A stretch of DNA of 64,000 bases, from positions 86,366,001 to 86,430,000 of the forward strand of contig OZ024740.1 in assembly GCA_964016885.1 (NCBI GenBank), written 5' to 3'. The position numbers and the translations under genes were made by a program. The notes beneath the pieces are model-generated. The model searched no databases, was not told the DNA's origin, and saw nothing but the letters and a program-made list of their open reading frames with translations. Source of the DNA: Eledone cirrhosa (Eukaryota). Below are positions 28,207 to 39,649 of this stretch, piece by piece; the stretch's first letter is position 1, and each line of letters begins with the position of its first letter.

Positions 28207-29305
28207 TACAACAAATCATACGGCAACTTTAACAATCGGCTCTCTTAACGTAGTTCTCAAACAGAATCCCCGTGACATAATGTACGACACGGCTGGGTCT
28301 TTAAATCGCACTTGCAGTTAATTTGACAAAATTTCAAAGAGTTTCGTGTATCCAATTTCCCTCATTATGTTTAATTGATTCTAAGCTCTAGTAAACGCCA
28401 CCTACTCAAAATAACGCACTCTGAAATCGAAGCCACAAATCTTGATTGCAAAGGGAACTCTTTACCTATTCCATTAACATACATTGACACACATTACAAT
28501 TTGACAGAAACAAAAAGATATATAGTGTTTCAGTTAGAGTACTGCACCAGATTCTAGTGCAGTGATAAACTTCATTGTGTCATTCTTCGCATCCATAGGG
28601 CGGTGGATTGTCAGTATCGGTAGAGTGTCGAACACTATGTTTGCGGCATATAGTTACGCCTCTTTACGTTCTGAGTTCAAATCTCGACGAGCTTAGCTTT
28701 GTCTTTCACGAGGTCGATAAAGTAACGCACTGGGGTCAATTTAATCGATTTTCCGCTCCCCACCAAATTGTTGGCCTTGTGATTAAATCAGAAACTCTCA
28801 TTCTTTGCATTCAATCTTCTTCATTTTACTCAATACTAACTTTAATTGAGGTTGTATTTTGTCTATTAAGTAAAGTGTGACAAAAGGTGTTCCATCCATG
28901 ACAATCCAGTCCTGTTTTCTTTCTAAGGTACATACCCTATGTAACATTCATTTATCTAATACTGTTGATTGTGATTTGAAATAGACATGGTTATTATTTC
29001 TAGCCCCTTAAGTATCCATATAATGACTCTGTGGTTAGCCTATTTTATGTATTAGCAAACACTGCTTCAAAATACATGTACATAAAATGCGACAGCCCAA
29101 CAGCAGTTATAAAAGCTTATACTGACGGTAAGGTAAAAGAATCTTTGTTAGTTTCGACTATGAGATTTCCAGTTCGGTTATCGAAACAGCCTATATGTTT
29201 AATTAACGTGTATTCTTCTGCCATGTCCGCTCTTAATGTAATTCCCAGGGTAATTTAGCATGACGACACAGTGTATGATAAAGCTGGCCCTTTGAATTAC
29301 ACGTA

Positions 29306-29507
29306 TATGAGGGTCGGCTGAAAAGTTCATAATCTGACCATGATACTCTCATGGAAAGCCCAATTGTGGTTTATCTTTCAACATAGTCCCTGGAAAGAAA
29401 CGATGCAGTTATTAATAAAAACAGTTGAAATTAATGCATACAGGATTCCACAGCTATAGCATCACTCCTGCATAGTCAGCCAATGACCTTTTCAGCCGAC
29501 ACTCGTA
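29306..29507. mobile_element. Mariner-type MITE with TA ends
   Basis: TIRs TATGAGGGTCGGCTGAAAAG.TCAT / ATGACCTTTTCAGCCGACACTCGTA. Confidence 0.75.
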
Positions 29508-31712
29508 CTTCATCCGACAAACTTTCAAATAAATTCAATCTCAAATCTGGGTTCGACCTGCGGCTATGGGAAAAGACACTTGCTCAAGATACCACATAGT
29601 GAGACCGAATCTAGAACCTCATGATTATAAATCGAACTTCTTAATTATTTGTCCATGCTGCATACAATCTAAACCTATGTTTAACATTTTGTTACAACAG
29701 TAAGGTAGGTGGCATATGCTTTGCTTTAACAAAATTACTTACAAAAAGAAAATAGCAATAACACATATATTGCAGCTACTTAAACGAAAAGATTTAATGT
29801 TATTTAACTGGTGCACAACAGTAAGCACCAGTCTCTAAGACTATGGTTAATACGCCAGTTTTATTGATTAATTTGAAATACATCTTCCCAAAGACGAACA
29901 AACCTTCTGATAATCTGAAATTCACCAAAGTTTAAAGTGTCAGTTAATTAATTCTTAAATTCCTCTGTGACACCCTGTTATTTTGTTTCAATTTCTTAAA
30001 ACCGTCTTTTCTTCCAAAAGATCTTGTAGTTGGGTGTCAACATGTAACAGATTTAATCAGTTTTTCGTTTCTCCGCCCATTTGTTATGGCTTCTTGGTTT
30101 CTCTATAAATGTTTTCGTTAGTATTATTGGTGAGAAGTTGAGGGAGGTACAGACCTTCCGCTATTCGGTTACATGTTTTTACATTCTCAGTTCTAATCCC
30201 ACTGGGGTCAATATCAACTTTCATCGTTCTGATATCGATCGAATAATTTCAAAGGCGACATAAAAAGACGGATAGAATACGTTGTTGTATTCGTTCTGAC
30301 TCTCTGTACTTTGAGTTCAAATCTTGCTTGGGTCAACTTTGCCTTTTATCCTTTCGAGTTCGATAAATAAATTAACAATTCAGTATTAAATTTGATACAT
30401 TTCTCTCTCTCTCTCTCTTTTTTCTTCTCTCCCCCTCTCTCTCTCTCACTCTCTCTATTTCTCGCTTTCTCTCTCTCTCATTAATCTTTTTCTTTCTCAC
30501 TTTAAGGAATCACCTGAGTTCAGACCTGGAGAGGGGGTAACCTCTTGCGTGTTTAAATTGACCAAGACACACCGTATGTAACTCCGATGAACATACAATT
30601 CCATCGGCAGTTCAGAATCCATGAATGATAGACAGATAATAATTTCTAACATAGGCTTACGGCCAGAAATATTCAGAAATAGAACAATCGGCTGTATCAA
30701 ATCCAGTACTTGTCTGATGTATTATTATTTTATCGATTTTATCGATTGGCAGTATCGCTAAAGGGTCGGATGCCAAGCTTAGCAGCATAGAGTTACGGCC
30801 CTTCACGGTCTGAGTTCAAATCCCGCCGATGTTAACTTTGCCTTTCATCCTTACGGGGTCGATAAAATAAAACACCAGTAATAAACTGAGATAATTGCTG
30901 GCCTTGTGCCAAAAGTAGAAACAATTATTTTATCGATACCAGAAGGAAGAAAAGGCAAAGTCGATTTCGATGGGATTTGAATTAATAAATTGAATCAGAA
31001 TGCAAAGTTTCAAAATAGGTATTGTAAGGCACCTCGTCTGACGCTTAAAAACTAAAATCTGTCAACTAACTACTATCCTGGTTTGGTATAATATATCATC
31101 GTCCCCGAAAGAATGAGACATAAGGCTGACATCAGCAGAATTGGAACTCAGCACCAAGAAATCAGAAACATGTACCACAAAGGTTGTTTTCATACGACTC
31201 TTCCATAACTTCTCTAACGATTAACCATTACAGTTTTCATTGTTTTGGTTAAAATCTTTACACGCAAAACCCCGCAGTGGATCGTCCTGTGTTGTCTTGT
31301 GCCGTCCTTAATGTTTGCTTTATGTGATCCCTGTGTGGCTAATAAACAAATCATTATTATCATTAATATTATAATTATAATTATAATTATACCATAATTA
31401 TTATTATATATATAATAATAGTTTCTACTTTTGGCACAAGGCCAGAAATTCACCAGTGTATTACTGGTACTTTATTTTATCGACTCCGTAAGGCTGAAAG
31501 GCAAACTGTAAAATGAGCGATGGATTAGCAATATCTGTAGGGTGTCGGACAACATGCCTTGTGGCATAGGTTCGAATCCCGCCGAAGTTAGCTTTGCCTT
31601 TGATCCATACGGGGTCGATAAGATAAAGCACCACTAATGCGCTGGGTTACATTTAATCGACCTACGCCCCAAAAATTGTTTGTCTTGTACCTAAACAAAA
31701 AAAACATTATAC

Positions 31713-31749
<37 letters not shown>

Positions 31750-32512
31750 TACACACATGTGTGTGCATGTGTATGTGTGTGTGTGTGCGTGTGTCACTCA
31801 CATCGTAAGAGTGTCCTTTTAGCCAGGTAAGAGCACACAAAGACATATTGTTAAATCCACTTTTCCTTTACTTTTTAATAGTCAATTATGAAGTGTCAAA
31901 TAGTTTTGATGCCTTTCAACGACCTGGTAACTGACAATTCCACTGCATCTGTTGATAACCTGTTACTCGCGAGACTTTATATGTCGCGGGATTTTCAGAA
32001 TGTTTACTCTTTTTGGCTCGTCTTTTTGTTTTCTATTATTTGTCTCTTTTCTTAGTTCCATTTAAACTTTAAGTTTAATAAGGATGTCATTTTCATATAT
32101 AAAGTAATTCGTTTATGTATTACTCAAGCATACTTTTGTGTGTGAGGGAATCTAATGTTTTTTTTTATATGTTGAACGTTTAACCTGTGGATCCACTCTA
32201 TTGTTGAATATTTTTTAGTAATTACGTTTTGCAGGTCTTTTGTCACATTCAGATACATTTCCTCGTTTCCTTCTTCATATACTGATGACTGTACGATACA
32301 ATATATATATATACATCAATCAGTATCATCATCATCACCCTCATCATTATTAGTGATTAATGATAATCGTTTGTGTATTTTCCCTCATAGGGAGATTTGA
32401 ATATTTGGAGACAACGTACGTTATATATTTATGAATTGTTTCAAAGAGTGTCTGAAATATTTTCCTAGAGTATGAATCTATGACAATATGTTACGTGTAG
32501 ATCACACGCACA

Positions 32513-32584
<72 letters not shown>

Positions 32585-32601
32585 AATATATATATATTAT
32601 A

Positions 32602-32670
<69 letters not shown>

Positions 32671-32675
<5 letters not shown>

Positions 32676-33140
32676 CAAGGTCTAGCAAATAGAGAAAAAG
32701 TTTTAAAATAAGTTTTTAAAATTTCGCAGTACTTACTATATGTGCCTTTACCGCGGTTTCATGCTCCAGAATAAACGGAAAATCCAAGCGGATTTCCATT
32801 GAGAAGGGAGCAATCTTCAGAAGGCTCTTCTCCCTCGGAGAATATCAAATTCCCGAGTTGTTCAAATCACACAATGACGCCATACAAAACCATTCCCAAA
32901 TGAGAGTGAATGATGAAAGAAATAATTCTGTCTGGTGCCGTGAGCAAAGACATCATTCGCTCTCATTTGGGAATGGTTTTTTTATGGCGTCTGAAGATTG
33001 CTCCCTTCACAATGGAAATCCGCTTGGATTTTCCGTTTATTCTGGAGCATGAAACCGCGGTAAAGGCACATATAGTAAGTACTGCGAATTTTTTAAAATT
33101 TATTTTAAAACTTTTTCTCTATTTGCTAGACCTTGATTTT
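32671..33140. mobile_element. Foldback retrozyme-like element family B: about 150-bp arms each carrying a hammerhead, central about 40-bp-stem hairpin
   Basis: Arms 32671-32821 / 32989-33140; inner stem 32877-32916 / 32951-32991; abuts (TA)n. Confidence 0.88.
32744..32825 (-). ncRNA. Type I hammerhead ribozyme (family B)
   Basis: GCCTT-CTGAAGA-T-TGCTCC..GGAGCA-T-GAAA-CCGCGG-TA-AAGGC; the + strand copy at 32991-33067 has lost the 5' strand of stem I. Confidence 0.9.
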
Positions 33141-33375
33141 ATATGTTCTGGCTTGTTAATTTATTAACCCGCCATAGAACCACATTGGCATACGGTTGGA
33201 TAATATTTGTTTCCCTATATGTATTTTTTACACGTAGGAATTCATACTTTATTATATATATATATACATATATATACATATATCAAAGGCATGTATTGAG
33301 TTAGAAACTCAAAATAGTCTCTTACAATAATAAATTAGCTCTAGGAAAGAGGTTTTTCCGAGCCGTATAATATAC

Positions 33376-33819
33376 CTGAACAAAAAAGAAAAACGAACAC
33401 AGACATATACATATATGTGTTCAAGTCGTAAGGGACCAGATTCGCTAAGGTGAAAAGAATACTAACCAGATTCGCTAAGGTGAAAATAAATACAAACCGG
33501 AATTGTGGTTACTACCACAATTCCGGTTTGTATTTATTTTCACCTTAGCGAACGGTAACCACAATTCCCAAATGAGAGCGAATGATGTCTTTGCTCACGG
33601 CACCAGACAGAATTATTTCTTTCATCATTCGCTCTCATTTGGGAATGGTTTTGTATGGCGTGAGTGTGTGATTTGAACTCGGGGATTTTATATTCTTAAA
33701 TTGAGTCTGGCAAACCCTATTGTCTGTAATTAGTATTCTTTTCACCTTAGCGAATCAGGTCCCTTACGACTTGAACACATATATGTATATGTCTGTGTTT
33801 GTTTTTCCTTTTTGTTCAG
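33376..33819. repeat. Nested foldback element: about 90-bp outer arms, perfect 39-bp hairpin (33471-33552), and the family-B central hairpin (33565-33700)
   Basis: Direct reverse-complement matches; 33565-33700 similar to revcomp of 32840-32975. Confidence 0.88.
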
Positions 33820-33896
33820 TTATATATACATATATATATATATATTAGAAAGTAAGGTTTTTTTAATATATACCAAGTGGGTAAAAATATATGGAA

Positions 33897-34122
33897 AAGA
33901 AGTTGAAAATGCAATTCGAGTCTTTAAGAAGGTTTATTTAAAATAATTCGTAACAAGTTTGATGATTTTCAAAAGTTAAGAGGGATGGAGAAATGTGGGA
34001 AGTCGGCATAGCCACACATCTTTCCTTCTCTTGAAAACTTTGAAAATCATGAAACCTCTGAAACATGTAAAGTTATTAATTATGGTAAATAAACCTTTTT
34101 AAAGACTCCAATTTTCAACTTC
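33897..34122. repeat. Degenerate palindromic element
   Basis: AAAGAAGTTGAAAAT..GAGTCTTTAA.AAGGTTTATTTA vs TAAATAAACCTTTTTAAAGACTCCAATTTTCAACTTCTTT; inner ATGATTTTCAAA/TTTGAAAATCAT. Confidence 0.65.
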
Positions 34123-34129
34123 TTTTTAC

Positions 34130-34160
<31 letters not shown>

Positions 34161-35610
34161 TTATGTGTGTGTATGTGTGTGTGTGTGTGTGAGTGTTTGT
34201 GTGTGTGAATTTGTGTGTGCGTCTGTGTGAGTGTGTATGTATGTGTTGGTGTGTGTGTATGAATATATAAGACGTCTGATTGTGAACTGATAGCCCATGC
34301 CAAAGAATCAGGTTACGATTGCGTAAATTGTTCTCTGGGTGAATTTGACAGGATAATGTTGACAATCTAGTTTCCTCTCGTCAAGATTGCTAATTGAGTT
34401 AGTGATTAAGAAACTGCTAAATACTATGTAAGTCAGCGAATTGGCAGTGACGTTAGAACATAGGGTTCTTTGTTGCATCCGTTTCCACTCTCTGCTCTCT
34501 AAGCTCAAATCCTGCCCACGCCAGGTTTGCCTTTCATCCATTCAATGTCGATAAAATATGTACCAGTCTAATACTGGGCTCGATTCTACCTCTATATTTC
34601 TTTCTCACTTCTTTTCTCTCACCTTCTCTCCTTCTTTGGAAAATAACTGTTGCACTCAGGTCAGGAAAGGAGATGGCTTTCGCCAAGCTTAACATGCCCA
34701 GAAACGCCGTATGTCAGTATGGCGCCTCTACGACTCCATCAGGATTTACTGGACCATACGATACCATATCAAATAGTGTGTGGTCTACATGGAGCTTCAC
34801 TGAAGACTGAATTGCCACATTTACCCAGTAAAACGCTTAATCTATTATTTCGTAATAGCTAATTTCATTCAGGAACAATTTGATTTAGTAGGTAACTCAT
34901 TCACATGACAAGCAATATATATCTGCTCCAACCACTGTATTAGCGTTTCTGTCTTGTAATATTTACTTTTAAATAATTAATAATAAAAGTGAAGTGGAAT
35001 ACATTCAATGCTTATTTTCATTTGGATGACCCTTTCAAAGTGTGAGAAAATATGCTTCAAAGCATGTGAATCTTGCAAGACATATATTTGCAAGAGCTAT
35101 TTCTCTTGAATTAGGAAAACAAAAGGTTAATTAAGACACAGGATTAATTTCACGTTAATAGCGTCTGCCATCTTTGTCTATAGTTGTTTGAAATAAAACG
35201 AAGCATATAAATGTGCAGACGCATAATCTAAGCCACATACGCAGTTGGAAAACGGAGGTAGAAACACTTATGTGTTAAAGTAAATAAGAATTATATATAT
35301 ATATATAAACATCACGAGCGCTCTATCTCAAAATTATTTTTTTGAAAAGCATTAGAAATGCGCAACCGGTAGAAACTTAAAACTAAAACTGAATACTAAC
35401 CCATACTTATTACTAATTTATACTTATTCCTAATTAACCCATATTTATTACTAATTTATACTTATTCCTAATTAAACTATTTTGTACTGGGAAAAATTTG
35501 TCAGCATTTTCTTTTCCTTTTTACTAATATATATATATATATATATATACTACTAAAACTCTGATCTTGATTGCTTGCTTGCTTGCACACACTTTCTCTA
35601 TATTGTGTAT

Positions 35611-35916
35611 ATACAGGTTGTCCACCCCCAAAATGTATACCCACTTTGATTGCCTATACATGCATTATTTGTTAGGATGGTGTATACATTTTTAGGGACC
35701 CCGGTATTATTATATATATATATATAGTGTCCCCGAAAAATGTATACACACTTTGATTACCTGTACAGGCAATATATATATTAGAATGGTGTATACATTT
35801 TTAGGGAACCCGGTATATATATATATATATGGTGTCCCCGAAAAATGTATACACACTTTGATTACCTGTACAGGCAATATATATATTAGAATGGTGTATA
35901 CATTTTTAGGTACCCC

Positions 35917-35963
<47 letters not shown>

Positions 35964-36227
35964 TGTCCCCGAAAAATGTATACACACTTTGATTACCTGT
36001 ACAGGCAATATATATATTAGAATGGTGTATACATTTTTAGGGACCCCGGTATATATATATATATATATATATGGTGTCCCTGAAAAATATATACACACTT
36101 TGATTATCTGTACAGGCAATATATATATTAGAATGGTGTATACATTTTTAGGGACCCCCGGTATATATATATATATATATATATATGGTGTCCCCGAAAA
36201 ATGTATACACACTTTGATTACCTGTAC
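35611..36227. repeat. Tandem array of about 90-bp Tc1/mariner-like mini-MITE units separated by variable (TA)n
   Basis: Five full units plus one partial unit; each has TIRs GGTGTCCCCGAAAAATGTATACAC / GTGTATACATTTTTAGGGACCCC. Confidence 0.85.
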
Positions 36228-36267
36228 TAGACTACTCGTGACCCAACAGGTCACGAGTAGTCTAGTA
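36225..36267. repeat. Perfect 19-bp hairpin, 5-nt loop
   Basis: TACTAGACTACTCGTGACC-CAACA-GGTCACGAGTAGTCTAGTA. Confidence 0.95.
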
Positions 36268-36290
36268 TATATATAAATATATATATATAT

Positions 36291-38371
36291 GTAAATATCT
36301 TTAAGTCGTTTGGAAGCCTCGACAATGCAAATGGGTAAATCTCCGGGTAACAAGATCCGGTGGGGGAGAGAGAGATGTAAATGGGTGTACGTTGAGATGC
36401 GTGGTGTGTGTAAGATGTGAAGAAGAATGAAGGGAAGAGTATAAAGGATAAAATAGAAATAACAACACAAGAGAGAGTTACCTTGGGAGAGATTTAATAG
36501 TCCCTATATATTTCGGATTCACATCCATCAACTGGGGTTTTTTCCGGGGTGGGGGAAAGGTTGTCTGTCGGACAGGTGCGAAACGCGTCCTCCGCTGTTT
36601 GTTGTTTTGAATATCTGAGGTATTCGGCAGAGCGCGCGTGCGCGTGAAATGGGGTTGGTCGGGCAGAGGTCAGCGGCCGAATCAGGGAGTGGGGTGGCGC
36701 TAGCTGTCAGTCCATTCTCTGCCTGTTTGTTAAATGTTACTGTGTGTGTGTGTGTTGTTGTCTCGCTTGAGTGTGTGTGTGTGGGTGCGTGTGTTGTTGC
36801 CTTGTTCTTCTGTATTGGCAGTGTAGTATGTTCGTATGGTGGAATGCTACTGTGTGTGTGTGTGCGTGCGTGTGTGTGTGTAGTTGTCTCGTTTGTGTGT
36901 GTGTGTGCGTGCGTGTGTTGTGTGTTGCTGAATCGTTTGTTAACTTAAACCAGCCATCTCATTTTGCTTCTCTCTGATCGGTTGTTTATTTGCGGTTGCA
37001 GGCGTTTGATAAAAAGCGCTTCATTGATACGTAACGTGCCGACGTTTCTTTCAGTCGCTAGAATTGTGACAATGGGCCTTCCGTCTTTGTTTCCGCATTT
37101 GTCTATGTGTTTCCGGAAAGACGAGGCCCCGGTTTTTGTGTGTTCCTTGATCCGGATGTGCAAAGGTTGGATTGTGCTACCTATGTAGTATCGGTTGCAC
37201 CTGTCACATTCTATTTTATACACGACGTATGTGCGTAGGCAACAGTTCCATGGCGTATCGGGCAGTCTCTGAGGGAGCATGCGTCAGTAGATTTCCCGTG
37301 TTTCCTGGAGAGGCATCTTCGCAGGGAGGGGCCCGAGTAGGCCAGGTGGATGTCGAGGCCCTCCCTCCGTATAGCCTTGCGGATAGCGTTGGTGGTATTC
37401 TGGCCCAGGTGTGGCATTTTAAGGAAGCACTTGCCTTGGGTGCCTATCTGTCTCTTGTGTCTGGTGTCTCCTATTCTGTCTGTGATCGAGGTAGGGTACC
37501 CGTTCGTCTCCAGCACTTCGAGGAATCGCTTGGTATGAGTGACACCACTTGCGGGATCGCTGCATCTGTTTTTGATTCGCGCGATCTCGTTCGTGATGTA
37601 TCCTCTTTTGGCACTGTTATGGAGGGCGGACTTGTAGTGAACGAACAGGTCCCTGCAGGCTGCCTTTCGGTAGAAGTTGCAGTGGATCCTTCCCTGTTCC
37701 GTGATGTTGATTCGGAAGTCGAGGAGGGCAAGTGACCCGTCTTCGTTGGGGTGTTCAACACTGAAGTCAATGTTCTCGTCCGTGTTGTTGAACGTCTCAT
37801 GGATTCTGTTCGCCGTGTCTTGGGAAGATGTGAGGATGAGGATATCGTCCACGTACCTTGAGAAAAAGGCTACGGCGTTGGGGTGGCAGGCGTTGAGTGC
37901 GTTGCGTTCGAGGTTGTCCATGTAAGAGATCGCTAGCACACCTGATAGCCTCGACATCCACCTGGCCCACTCGGGCCCCTCCCTGCGAAGATGCCTCTCC
38001 AGGAAACCCGGGAAATCTACTGACGCATGCTCCCTCAGAGACTGCCCGATACGCCATGCGAACTGTTGCCTACGCACATACGTCGTGTATAAAATAGAAT
38101 GTGACAGGTGCAACCAATACTACATAGGTAGCACAATCTGACCTTTGCACATCCGGATCAAGGAGCACACTAAAACCAGGGCCTCGTCTTTCCGGAAACA
38201 AAGACGGAAGGCCCATTGTCACAATTCTAGCGACTGAAAGAAACGTCGGCACGTTACGTATCAAGGAAGCGCTTTTTATCAAACGCCTGCAACCGCAAAT
38301 AAACAACCGATCAGAGAGAAGCGAAATGAGATGGCTGGTTTAAGTTAACAAACGATGCAGCAACACACAAC

Positions 38372-38412
<41 letters not shown>

Positions 38413-39015
38413 AACGAGACAACTACACACACACACACACACACACACAGTAGCATTCCACCATACGAACATACTACACTGCCAATACAGAAGAACAAGG
38501 CAACAACACACACACACACACACACACACTCAAGCGAGACAACAAAACACGCACACACACACACAGTAACATTTAACAAACAGGCAGAGAATGAACTGAC
38601 AGCTAGCGCCACCCCACTCCCTGATTCGGCCGCTGACCTCTGCCCGACCGACCCCGTTTCACGCGCACCACGCTCTGCCGAATACCTCAGATATTCAAAA
38701 CAACAACCAGCGGAGGACGCGTTTCGCACCTGTCCGACAGACAACCTTTCCCCCACCCCGGAAAAAAACCCCAGTTGATGGATGTGAATCCGAAATATAT
38801 AGGGACTATTAAATCTCTCCCAAGGTAACTCTCTCTTGTGTTGTTATTTCTATTTTATCCTTTATACTCTTCCCTTCATTCTTCTACACATCTTATACAC
38901 ACCACGCATCTCAACGTACACCCACTTACATCTCTCTCTCCCCCACCGGATCTTGTTACCCGGAGATTTACCCATTTGCATTGTCGAGGCTTCCAAACGA
39001 CTTAAAGATATTTAC
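36291..39015 (-). mobile_element. Penelope-like element 2 (Naiad- or Poseidon-like), 5'-truncated in RT, with about 1.07-kb inverted duplication (37948-39015)
   Basis: LAISYMDNLE, FSRYVDDIL, LALLD, FYRK..VHYKS, NGYP; CSLRDCP linker; GIY-YIG VVYKIECDRCNRYYIGST..RIKEH..KH..INEALFI..PQINNRSE; frameshift near 37250. Confidence 0.93.
38769..38804 (+). ncRNA. Minimal hammerhead-like motif in PLE2 pLTR, atypical core CAGUUGA
   Basis: CCC-CAGTTGA-T-GGAT-GTGA-ATCC-GAAA-TATA-TA-GGG; same sequence on - strand at 36502-36537. Confidence 0.6.
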
Positions 39016-39649
39016 TTATTATTCCACAATGCTTCAAGCAAACTTCAATACTCTCTTATATATATATATATATATATATATAGTTGTGTATGTATATACG
39101 TTTATATGGGTCTAAGTCAGTGTATGTGAGTATGTTATGAATGTGCAATATGTTTTCATGTTTTGGTGGTATAAAATATGTTAAAAGACATATATAGATA
39201 TATAAATATATAAATCCACCTGACTCTTTGTTCTTCGGTCAGTATCCGCCTAAGTATTTTTTTCAACTTTATTGCACCATAACTATCTCTATTCATTTAT
39301 TTATTTATATATTTATTCATTTATTAGTTGGTTACTTATTTAGTTATTTACGTATTTTTTAGTGTATGTGTATATATTTGTAAGCTTGCTTTTCTTCTGC
39401 ATTCTATCTTACATCAACACTGTCTGATATAAGCGTGACTAATCTTTGCTACATCAACTTTCGCCACACAAGGAATTAATTTCATATATTGATTTGTCTT
39501 AAATTTTTCTGCCTCTGTCTAACGCACTTGATAATTCTTATTAAGAATTATTAGATATATTCTCTTCCAACTGTCATCTATACATTATTTTATCTAGAAG
39601 ATCTATGCCATACCCACTAACACTTCCTATACCGTTTTACACTCGACCT

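Noticed and set aside
32282-32326. CTGATGA hammerhead core
   Set aside because: No stem II/GAAA/UH arrangement downstream
35611-36227. CRISPR-like repeat-spacer appearance
   Set aside because: Units are about 90 bp, spacers are only (TA)n, no cas genes, eukaryotic context
37945-38113. N-terminal part of the 300-aa ORF 37211-38113
   Set aside because: Antisense read-through of the inverted duplication, not genuine PLE protein
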